Assembly (NCBI GenBank): GCA_030141605.1
Contig: JAQGDQ010000090.1
Span: 434,001 to 498,000 of the forward strand
Origin: Tubiluchus corallicola
Lineage: Eukaryota > Animalia > Priapulida
DNA: 64,000 nucleotides
Direction: 5' to 3'
The notes beneath the pieces are model-generated. The model had not been told where the DNA came from and ran no database searches. It worked only from the letters and a program-made list of their open reading frames with translations. Every line of letters starts with the position of its first letter. The stretch's first letter is position 1. The position numbers were made by a program, and so were the translations under genes. Shown piece by piece: positions 13,633 through 24,200 of the stretch.

Positions 13633-14955
13633 ATGTGGTCGCCTAACGAAAGAGCCATGGAAAGAGGAACTCCTTTTCCAGAGAAGCTTTGGCATCTCCT
13701 GTGCAGCGCCCCAAGTTCGGGTGGCCTGCGCTGGAACAAGAATGGGGATGGCATTGTGATAGACGTCGCTAAATTTGAGAAACGTGCAGCTAGAGTATAC
13801 CCTTACAAGCTTCTGGGCAGTCCAAAGTTGAATACCTTTACCCGGAAGCTCAACGTTTATGGCTTCCGGAAACTGGTTTATTCCTTAAAATCCCGAAGAC
13901 AACATTTGGAGTATTTCCATCCAAAATTTACAAAAAACTGTCCGCCGAGTATAGCAAAATCCAGAAAATTAAGCAGTTCCTCGAGTGATTATTGTACGAA
14001 GAATGCAAAGAAAGATATCGCAATACAGGAAAAGGTGAAAGTAAAGGAAAAGGTCGGGGTAACAGTGCAGACAGAGAAAAAGCAGAAACATTGTGCAACT
14101 TCAGTCGAGCAAGAATTCAAAACTCTACTTAAAGGTGAAAATAAGACAAACTTTACACTGTATAATAAGGACCCATTGACCTTGTGCACTTTAGATATGG
14201 AATGTGAGGAGGACTCCTTTCCTGACTGCCCTTCACCGGAGCAATTAAAATCGCCTCAAGAAAGATTATCATCAGAAAAACTAATATTACCAATTCATCA
14301 AAAACCGTCAAAACAAGTAAAATTTGAAGAAGTCGAATCATTAAAACGACTGAAGTCAACAGAAATGTGTCAGGTGGACCAACAGTCAGAGAACAAAGAC
14401 GTGTGCAACAGAAGTAACATCACCTTTCCAGCACAGAAGGTTGTAGAGGTAGGTCAAAAAGCACTGACTGATGATAAAGACAAGAACAAAAAAAGTCGAC
14501 AGAATTGCAACACTTCCCTAACAATCAAGTTTCCAGAGCATCACAAGACATGTCAGAGCAAGTTGTCAGACGGTGACCACAAAAGAAGTTTCACAAAGTG
14601 CAATACTTCACAAATGTTCAGATCCTTGGTGCTTTGCCAGACAGGCCACAGAAACTTGTCAGCCGATGATTCTTACCAAAAGGGATTTTTGAATCAGAAA
14701 TCTTTTCCGATGAGAGAATCTCCAGAACACAAGAACAGAAAAATGTCTGTTGATTATGACATGCACAAAGGAAATCACATAAAATACAATTGTATTTCTC
14801 CAACCGTTTGTACAACTTCGACATTTTCTTCTCCAGCAGGTACACAGCCGCGCTCTCCAGCATTAGTGTTTTTACCTTTTATTTTAACCTCCACTGGATT
14901 CATCCCCTTTAAATGTACTACATCGGCTTTGTTGAATTTGCCAAATAAGAAATAG
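13633..14955 (+). CDS. Intronless HSF-type DNA-binding domain protein (HSF5/HSFY-like architecture), 440 aa
   Basis: FPEKLWHLL...LRWNKNGDGIVID...FEK...TFTRKLNVYGFRKL...EYFHPKF is the HSF winged helix-turn-helix; ATG to TAG uninterrupted; AATAAA at 15129. Confidence 0.85.
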   Translation: MWSPNERAMERGTPFPEKLWHLLCSAPSSGGLRWNKNGDGIVIDVAKFEKRAARVYPYKLLGSPKLNTFTRKLNVYGFRKLVYSLKSRRQHLEYFHPKFTKNCPPSIAKSRKLSSSSSDYCTKNAKKDIAIQEKVKVKEKVGVTVQTEKKQKHCATSVEQEFKTLLKGENKTNFTLYNKDPLTLCTLDMECEEDSFPDCPSPEQLKSPQERLSSEKLILPIHQKPSKQVKFEEVESLKRLKSTEMCQVDQQSENKDVCNRSNITFPAQKVVEVGQKALTDDKDKNKKSRQNCNTSLTIKFPEHHKTCQSKLSDGDHKRSFTKCNTSQMFRSLVLCQTGHRNLSADDSYQKGFLNQKSFPMRESPEHKNRKMSVDYDMHKGNHIKYNCISPTVCTTSTFSSPAGTQPRSPALVFLPFILTSTGFIPFKCTTSALLNLPNKK

Positions 14956-15456
14956 TGTTTTTATAACAGTAATTTGGTTTACTCTTGATTGATCTAAGAT
15001 AAATATAATTATGCTACAGTGAGCGCGTATTGGTCGGTATTACAATTGATAATGTAAGAAACGCCCGATATTGCAACACATGTACTAAAATATAGACGCA
15101 TATTGTAACAAAAATCAGCGCATAGTGTAATAAATAACTGATAATGAAATAACTAGCAAACTTAATGTTACTTATACACAATTTTCTTACCTATAGTAAA
15201 ATAATTTTTATTCTTTGGAATATGAAAATAGTGCTCATTAGCCACCTATCAGCACTCGAATCATTCGGATCATAACTCTCTTTAACGTATTACCATTAGC
15301 CCAATGAGCCAATGGCAGCTCAGTTCATCAACTAACCCGCTCTTTTACGTTACGATGTTGTTTTTGTTTCTGTTATCTTTTTTCTCAATTCATAACTGCT
15401 ATTTCACCGACGCATCAAATATTTTACCCAATGACTGTCAAGTAAGTAATAGGCGC

Positions 15457-15785
<329 letters not shown>

Positions 15786-15869
15786 GTAATAGGTGGCTCT
15801 CTCTTTGCTTTGCTTGAGTGCAAAAGGCAAGAAAAACTATTGTGGCCGACAAACGTGCTTATCAACTAA

Positions 15870-17520
15870 TAAATTAACGCAACACTTTTGAGTTTTAGGC
15901 GAGTATAAAAAAGGAAACAAATGCGAAAATTGCTCTTCCTCCAAAAACAGGTGAAATCACAGGGGAGAAAACTGTCTGCGACATGTTCGGTGAATACGCC
16001 ATTTCTAATTTGTCCTTCCGCAAGTCGGCTGAACATGACGCCATTAAATCCGAGCATTTTAGAAACGCGTTTCATATGCTAGCAATATTACTAGCAGTTT
16101 TCTGTAGCTCCTGTGTGACAAGCTGCTTTTTGCCAGATGCACTTATGCTGTCAGTGATTATTCGAATCGAAAATAAGGAAATCACAGTCACAAGTAATTA
16201 GAGGCCGATAGCACTCTCCTCAATGTTTAGCAAACTTCTTGAAATCTTACTGTTAAACAAGTACGGCTATTTACTTTTGACGACGCCAAACCAATTTGGT
16301 TACCTTGATAAATTAGGAACAGAAATGTTACTATATACCATGAAAGAGTTTACTGATTATTATCGGCGTGAAAGTCCAGCTCACCCTTTATTTTTGGATG
16401 CGTTAAAAGCTTTTGATAGAGAGAATTACTATAAACTGTTCTTTAAGCTAATAGATATCGGTTTTCCAAATATTGTCATTCGTTTTATTATTCACAGCAA
16501 AACAGGCTAGTAAGGTGGGGAAATTTTAATTCTGCGATGTTTAAGGTCGGAAATGGGGTTAGCCAAGGCGTGAAAATGTTTCCTATACAATACTTTCGAG
16601 ATTTAAGCGTAAATCTTTCATCAACTGGTCTCGGTTGCCAAATTGGAAATACATACATTAATTACCTGATGTTTGCTGTTTATCCTGTTTATCGCTGACG
16701 ATGCGTGTTTAATAGCATCGACTACAACAGCTCTGCAAACTCTAGCGGATACATTGTCCGTTACGCAGACAAACATGACATGATGATAAATGTCGAAAAA
16801 ACGAAACTTCTGACTATTACTCACACTACAATGCGCCATTGCAGTTTTGGGCCTGTTATTGTAGCTGTTAGCATAATTCGTCCGTGCGAAATTGAGAAAT
16901 ACCTCGGCCGTATAATTTCCGGAGATAACAAGGACAATATTTATATTATTAGGCAACGAACTATTTACTATGTTAGAGCAAATAGAATCATGAGAAAATT
17001 TTGTCATTGTTAAAATAAGGTTAAAACTCGCTTGTTCAATTCTTGTTGTAACTCATTCTATGGTATGGCAACATGGCGGCATTTTTACAATTACAGTTTG
17101 AACAAACTTAAAGTAATTCATAACATCTCTAAACGGAAACTATTCAATTATTCATATGATGACAGTGCTAGAACTATTTCAGTAAATTATAATGTTTACG
17201 TACTTTGATTTTGTATTTAGTTAAAATGACTTACAGTTTGTACATGAGGGTAATTCATAGTTCAAATTCATTAATTAGAGCATTATCTCAAAGTGAAGTG
17301 GCTTACATTTCTGACATTAGAAGACAGTGGAAGGAATTATTATAGAGAAGTTGTAGTTAGTCAAATTTGTGTCCTAAGCATAGTAGGATCTTTTTAAATC
17401 TGTGTGTATAATATGTAATGTTGTAAATATTATGTAATTGCAGTGTTTGTTTTTTATTTGTGTACAAAACTATGAATTTGATTCGAAATAAAAAGTTAAA
17501 TGAAATCAAAATAAATAAAT
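15870..17520 (+). mobile_element. Decayed LINE (RT domain to 3' end)
   Basis: NY/*RPIALSSMFSKLLE, NQFG, FLDALKAFD, NGVSQG, MINVEKTK, EKYLG, followed by an AT-rich 3' UTR and A-rich tail at about 17485-17520; many stops and frameshifts. Confidence 0.88.
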
Positions 17521-18710
17521 TTTTTTTTCTCTTGGTCTCTCTCTACCTCCCCCCCTCTCTCTGTCTGCCTCTCTGTTGGTCTGTTTCTCTCTCTTTCTTT
17601 CAGTTTCTGCCACTCTCTCTTTCCCTCTTTCTTTTGCTTTAGGGCAGTGTAACCTTAATACATTTTTGAAACATAGACGTTTAACACAACACACCGCTTG
17701 TCCTTGCGGAGCCGGCATCTTCTGTCTGACCGTCCTCTATAAGGTCAACAGTCAGAAAGGATTTTAGTTTTCTATAGGAGTAGGAGGTGCGTTAGGAGCA
17801 GGTGACCTCCACCGTATTTACGTAAGTACGACCTGCTACAGCAAATAAGAGTTGATATGCGTTATAAAAAACTTAATTAAACTTTTGCGTTACCGGTTTC
17901 TAATGAAGACCGTCACAAATAAAAACCATTATATTTTTTAACATTGGCATATTTGCTGATCAGTAAAGGAGCTTATGTGCAAAGGATCATATCTACAAAT
18001 TTTGAGTAAAGTGAAAGTTTTGCACATGGTAATTTTGCAATGCAGAATTTGAACCCTAGTCTAGAAAAAAGTATACGTCAGCTAATACGTTGCCTTAGCT
18101 TTTGAATTTAATTTTGTTCTACATTCCAACGAAGTTAATTATAATTTAATAAAAGAAGTTTATTTTATTTGTACAATCAGTTTTACAATCAATGCACAAT
18201 GCGGATAGGACAGGTAATTTTACTGAATAAAATAAAATCCGAAGTGCATTGGAAACTGTGACTTGTAATTCTCATATTTTCAACAATGATTTGCAAAATG
18301 TCATATCTTCAATTAATTTTTAACTCTTTCAGTAATACGACTTATCAAAAATTTTGAAAAATAAGAAAACAAATTCCATGTGATCTAAAAGTTATAAAGT
18401 ATATATGAAGTACGTACTTTCGCTATTTTTGTGATAGCAAAAATTTTTTCACTTAGATGTTACTACACTTTTTTGCAAGTGAGCTCCTCAGTAGATGCCT
18501 TCTAATTGGCAACTACTAATTAACCTGCAAGCGCAATTCAGGTAATGTTTAAAATGAATGATTTTACTCGGTTTTAGTTTACGTTTTTCAAGCTGACTGT
18601 TGTTCTTACTGCATTACTAAATCTTACACTGAAAACTAAAATATTAATTTGTAAAAACTTTTTATATTAAGTGTGTTCTGCAAAGAGATAAATAAAAAAG
18701 TGGTATAATA

Positions 18711-18741
18711 ACACACACACGCACGCACGCGCGCACGCACG

Positions 18742-18793
<52 letters not shown>

Positions 18794-18818
18794 CTCTCTC
18801 TCTCTCTCTTTCTCTCTC
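18711..18818. repeat. (CA)n/(CACG)n/(CT)n compound microsatellite
   Basis: Directly visible. Confidence 0.95.
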
Positions 18819-20502
18819 GATAGTAAGCAAAACGATGTTTACGGAGAATAAATAAAGAAAGAAATAACTGTATGAGAACCAAGTAGATTTTGCTATTGTA
18901 AGATCTTAATTAACTTGAAATAGTGAGGGAACACTATTTCTCTTCCAAACTGAGTAAGGGAACGCGTCATCCTTACGTATTCCCACAGCAGCAGCACGCC
19001 ACTTGTACCAAGTAACATTAATTCAACTGGTTCTGGTTATTATACTATTTCATTAGACTATTGGTTAGAATTTTTGTTAGTACATCATGCTTTCCTGTGG
19101 TGTTACAATATGCACTAAACTTCGAGTTATTATGTTATTACATTACGCGTTAATTTTTGTCCGTATTACAATATCGCGCGTTTATTACTTTATCTGTTTG
19201 TAGCACTCGGTGGTGATGGTATAGCCAGTCATTTCTTGGCCTCTGTGCGCTGACTACATGTCAAAATGTCCGTTAAATACAATTCGAAGCAACAGAATGA
19301 AAATAATAAACTACAGCATGAACTTTGAAAAAACTACTCCTTTTTACATAAATTGTATTTTCATTTTTGAAAAACAGTTAATACACATCTGTTGTCAAAC
19401 AGTTGTACATTAATCTTTATAAATTACAAGTAATATGATGTTAATGACAATAAATAAAAAATGCTGCCTGCAGTTGAAAAAAGCTATAAATAAACCACCC
19501 TACAAAATCTTTTCCAAAACATTTACAGCTAAAAAATACATTACGTGCAAGCACATTACATTTAAAGCTTGTAGGCCTATGGTATAGTATTAGTTGATTT
19601 AACACAAGACTTTTTTAGGAAGAAGTAATTACAGCTCACTGCAAACAAGGCGATATGGCTTTAGCTTTCTAGATCAGTTTTTATGCTCACAAAAAGCTGC
19701 ACACTGAAATCTAAGAGAAAACTATGTCAAGCTAAAGCCAGCTTCAATGTATAAAGCTGTAAAATTTTAAAGCTCTAGGCCTATATAGTGTAACACTTAA
19801 GGCTTTTCATTAAGCAGGCCTAGCGTCACAAATTAAAGAAACATTAAAAATAACTATAGCGTAACTAAAAGCAATAGAGCATTAGGCCTACGTAAGTGAG
19901 AGTAAATCAGTTTTGCAATTTTTTGAATGATGTAATGCTATCTGCTAAGCAGGTCAATGCTATAGTAGCTCTTCAATTTAGCATTAAAATAAAGTGCCAA
20001 AGCTTAGAACAGTATAGAATTTACAACTACACTAAGTACTGCTCACGTCTCGAGTGTGATATGTTAATATCCTTGGGCAGAAACAATTCATTTAACCAAT
20101 AAATAATAAATTATTATTAGTAGCACGCCCATATTACAAGAAACAAGTTTAACACGTTTAAATAGATTTACCTTTTATAAAGATAAAGCACAGACAGAAA
20201 AAACACAATTAAGCATTACATTATCATCAAGAAAATAAAATTGACTCTGGGTATCTAATAAATCAACCAGTCCTATGATATAGTCCTCATGTTTTATATC
20301 GCTTGAACACTGCCCTACAATCAAACAGAAATTCCTCAGTCATAGCGTCACTGAAAGTTCTGGAAGTTGTTTATGTATAAGTACAAGGTGATGTGGTTTT
20401 ACTTCGCGCAATAAATTAAACAGTATTTGTAGTTATACAACGATCTTCATCATTAGAATATAAAACTGTTATTATTGTTTTTCATTTTCCACCTGCGACT
20501 TA

Positions 20503-20583
20503 TCACAATATGCGTGATTCCAAGGCACGGCGAAAGATTTCTAAACTTGAGCGACTTGATATCTTCCAAAACGGAAAATTCAT
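20503..20583 (-). CDS. eya-like: Giant EYA-domain protein, terminal exon
   Basis: TTTTCAG acceptor; MNFPFWKISSRSSLEIFRRALESRIL* matches the EYA C-terminus 'NMPFWRIS.H.DL.AL..AL...YL'. Confidence 0.9.
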   Translation of the reverse strand: MNFPFWKISSRSSLEIFRRALESRIL

Positions 20584-20984
20584 CTGAAAATAAATTACGT
20601 CATTAAAGATTGGTACAAAGAAAAATCTGAACATTTCAAGTGAAATTCTGACCCATCGGATCAGTACCCGAGACGCTTATATAAATGTGTTTTGTAAACA
20701 TATTTCTTTATTTCCAGAATTGAAAATGAAGCCCTGTGAGCTTAAATCAAATCTCTTGAATCTCTTCTGCTGCATGTCAGAATTTTTTTATACCCGTTTC
20801 ACTCCTACAACAACATTAAACTCAATTAAGTTCATTAAAATTAGACTCTCTAGGTGGTAAAAAAAGAACACCTAAATAAATGCTACATCTATGTTAATAT
20901 CAAAAGATAAAAAAGAAAAAATTCTAGCTGAAATTATTTAGAATTGCTAACTTTATATGAGCTTATCTTAAATCAGTAACCTAC

Positions 20985-21085
20985 CTGCTTTGCAGCAGCT
21001 TCTTCCTCTTTCCCATCACCGATTACCATAAAGTAGGAGTCATGCCCAAATCGTGTAGCTATCCGCTCAAAACAAGAGCGCTTTC
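20985..21085 (-). CDS. eya-like: EYA-domain exon (HAD motifs III/IV)
   Basis: (G)[33 protein letters not shown] matches 'GKESCFERI..RFG....YVVIGDG.EEE..AK'; TTTATAG acceptor, CAG|GTAGGT donor. Confidence 0.93.
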
Positions 21086-21748
21086 CTATAAAAAATTGTC
21101 AAAATAATCAAAAGCAAATAAAACCGAAAAAGAACTCATACTGAGACAAAATTTACCAAAGTTCCACAACCGCATTTATAATTTGTTTGTTAGGCCTGAC
21201 GCTTCAAATATTACGCACTTTTACACTAAATTTCAATATGATAAGAAGTTTAAATTTTCAAGTTTTAAAAGACAGTCGAAGCAATTGAAATATTTTTGCT
21301 TTTTAACAATCCACTCGGCTTATGAACAAATAAAATTACAATAATTTATATTGACATTATGCGCGGCATTCGCGAATAACAATGTAACAGATATTGATTA
21401 CAGCTGAAAAATGTTATTTTTAATAAATAAGTTCTAAGTCAGTTTTTGATAAATAACGGCACAACTGTATTGATTAATCCATAAAGAATTACAATATAGC
21501 AGACACTGAGTACATTTAAAATGATTTGTTTTTGCATAATTGTTTTGCTATGCATTCATAAACAGAGCTAATAATTTATCGAAAAACTAATCACTTCATT
21601 TGAAGATATCGCCTCTGAAAACGAAATAATTCAAATAAATTAAATTTAATAGAAATATTTTGATGATGTGACTTCCCGAAACGTACGTTCACATTTAGTA
21701 AACGCGTCAATACAATTAAGTTCATTTCAGGTTTTTTCAACGGCTAAA

Positions 21749-21905
21749 TTTACAATTCCCCAGACGCAGGAAATTAGATCGTGATGCGGATTAGGACTAG
21801 GGTTAGGATCAGGATTAGGGCTAGGGTTAGGGTTGGGTTAGGGTTTGGGTTATTTAAATGTTACTGTTATAATTAGGATATTTAAATTGACAGGAGAATT
21901 GTAAA
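21749..21905. repeat. Short element with TTTACAATTC inverted ends and degenerate TTAGGG core, in an eya-like intron
   Basis: Ends TTTACAATTCCCC and (reverse complement) TTTACAATTCTCC; core GGACTAGGGTTAGGATCAGGATTAGGGCTAGGGTTAGGGTTGGGTTAGGG. Confidence 0.6.
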
Positions 21906-22074
21906 CTTCTTCCAGTTCAACTTATTTTTCTATAAACCTTATGATACATATTGCAAGACAGGATTAAAAATATGAAATTACTCATGAAACGCGTTATGAA
22001 AAAACTAATTAATTCAACTTTATAAAAATTATTAGGTAAACTATTTTTATCATTTTGACTTTTCATATACTCAC

Positions 22075-22196
22075 CCCCTCTAGCGGCGCTGTAGACATTT
22101 TCGATGCTGAATGGTGCAGCCAAATTGTAAAGCATCAATTTTGCCAGTGCGGGTAGCAATCGTGTTTGTGTCACCAACACATTAACATGGTGGGGC
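22075..22196 (-). CDS. eya-like: EYA-domain exon (HAD motif II)
   Basis: (R)PHHVNVLVTQTRLLPALAKLMLYNLAAPFSIENVYSAARG(G) matches '[22 protein letters not shown]...FPIENIYSA'; phases 2/1 fit the neighbours. Confidence 0.93.
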
Positions 22197-22622
22197 CTGA
22201 AGTAAATGAGAATCAGGTGTGATTAAGACTGCATCCTGTAACTCTTACTATAGCAAATGTATAAATAACCATTGGAAAAAACAAACTAAACAGATTTCAC
22301 TTTTGGTCGTGCCTCTAGCTATCTTTTTATAGAGTTTAGCAACAATGCAAACCCAAATCAAGAAACTCATTATGTTGGTGGATATAGCGAGACCGGGATC
22401 TAGCAAAATCACTATCAAGAACAACCGTTGGATATGGGACAATGAGCTGATTCATTAGTTGTACACCTTTCCTCAACGATAGAAACAGTCGGAGACAGTA
22501 TGCTTAGTTACAAATCAATTTGCTAACCAGGCCTGGTGTTACTTAACCTCAGTTGCTAAGCAGACACAGTGACCACTCAGCGATTTTTACCGGTATTTAT
22601 TACCCTATTGTGTGTTACACAC

Positions 22623-22737
22623 CTGGATAAGATTAGAGTGAGTATCTCTTTAGCCAAGGTCATCCATCCATCACAGTAATTCAGGATCGAAGTGATCAAA
22701 TTGAGCCACTGTTCGCGAAGGGGAGGATCTAGCAGAC
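22623..22737 (-). CDS. eya-like: EYA-domain exon (helical cap)
   Basis: (G)LLDPPLREQWLNLITSILNYCDGWMTLAKEILTLILS(R) matches 'GLLG..KRE.WLQLR...E..TD.WLTLALK.L.LI.SR'; TTTTCAG and AG|GTGTGT. Confidence 0.9.
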
Positions 22738-22868
22738 CTGAAAATATTCAATGGGAACGAGTCTTTACGTGATACACACAAGTTTAGACGATTTTTATGC
22801 TTCTTAAAACGTAACTCAAATGTAAACGTGATCTAAAAAGCAAAAATTTTACAGTTATCAAATTTTAC

Positions 22869-22981
22869 CTGTCAGATTGTGTTGATAAGCGTTATAGAGT
22901 TTCTGTATCCTTCGATACCTGATAAGCAACCATTTATCCTCTTCGCGTATTTGCGGGTCAATCTCGTTGTAATATTGGTCT
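22869..22981 (-). CDS. eya-like: EYA-domain exon (helical cap)
   Basis: DQYYNEIDPQIREEDKWLLIRYRRIQKLYNAYQHNLT(G) matches 'LAFRYRR.KE.YN.YKNNVGG'; TTGCAG and G|GTAAAA. Confidence 0.88.
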
Positions 22982-23354
22982 CTGCAATGATGTTAATTTG
23001 ATTTTCGCGGGACGGAATGAACAAGTAAATGTAGAAAAACCCAAACGTACACATATAGTTGAATAAAAATTTTCTAGATAACTTGTAAAATTTTACAAAC
23101 AAACAAACAATAAAAAAATGATTTTTCATGCAAATAATGTTGTTATCCAGTAATAGACCTTTTTCACCAGGCAATTCCTTCGTTCTGTCCCGTCCTACAT
23201 CAACAACTGATAGTTCAATTGAACCTTACAGAAAAAATAAAGAAAGTAATAAGAAGGAAAGAAAACAAGAAAAAAAGGAAGTGAAAGAGTGAAGGTAGGA
23301 AAGTAGGAATTTTTAAACGAACGAATAAATAATCCACAGTTATTATTGACGTAC

Positions 23355-23419
23355 CCGTTTTGCCTTCCATTTTCGTAAACGAGTCCCGGCACATCGTAAA
23401 CATGTTGGTGCATAGTTGG
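23355..23419 (-). CDS. eya-like: EYA-domain exon (divergent)
   Basis: PTMHQHVYDVPGLVYENGRQN(G) aligns loosely to 'DQVHIDDVSSDDNGQ'; TTTTTCAG and GG|GTACGT; phases 0/2 join both neighbours. Confidence 0.8.
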
Positions 23420-23783
23420 CTGAAAAATGTTTATTCTAGTCAAGATTCAAATTGCTGACTTTATTTAAGATAAAGTACCAAGTACAGACGTTAAAGTACT
23501 GACTCCACACTCAGGGATAAAACAACGATTTTAATCAAAGTAAAAAGTGCTGATTTCAGGCAAGATTGAAGCATTGATTCTATAAAAGGAACGTACATGT
23601 AATGATGTTAGTTGAAAGTGCCACCTTTCAAGGTGAACGTACCGCCCTAGTCAAGGTGGGAGTAGTGATTCTAGTCTAGGTGAAAATGCTGATTCAAGCC
23701 TAAGTGAACAATCGTGCACAATTACTCTGCAAATTTCTCAAGTTGGGCAATTAAAAATTAAAGAAACACAAAATCAAACTTAC

Positions 23784-23873
23784 TGAAAGATCGTCGTAGA
23801 AGAAATGTGAAACTAAAACAGTGAACAGAAGTTCTTCCATCTGTTTGCCAAGTTGAATACCCATTTCTCTGTC
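23784..23873 (-). CDS. eya-like: EYA-domain exon
   Basis: DREMGIQLGKQMEELLFTVLVSHFFYDDLS matches 'D......LG..MEEMIFNLADTHLFFNDLE'; CTTTCAG and TCA|GTAAGT. Confidence 0.92.
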
Positions 23874-24200
23874 CTGAAAGACACGATCAAACGTTTGCTC
23901 AAGATGTTTTTATGTGATGACTAACAGCTTCGCTGAGGAATAGCCATAACTTTAACATTGCAAATGTTAGTCGCCACCTGAGTCCTTTGCTGATAGAAAG
24001 AATTTAGAGCAATACAAACTGAATAATGTCAAATGACTTATCACTGAAAATTAACCATATTGTGATAAATCATTGGTTAGCTGTTTCTAGATACATTTAA
24101 AAAATGAACAGTGCGCTTACTATAGCCTGTTATTTAGTGCAGCCAAATTTAGCATTAGCGAAATGAGTACAAAGTTTGAAGATTCATAAGCTAAACTGAC

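Noticed and set aside
21795-21850. Interstitial telomere or chromosome fusion scar
   Set aside because: Only a few degenerate TTAGGG units, enclosed by inverted termini shared with another intronic element.
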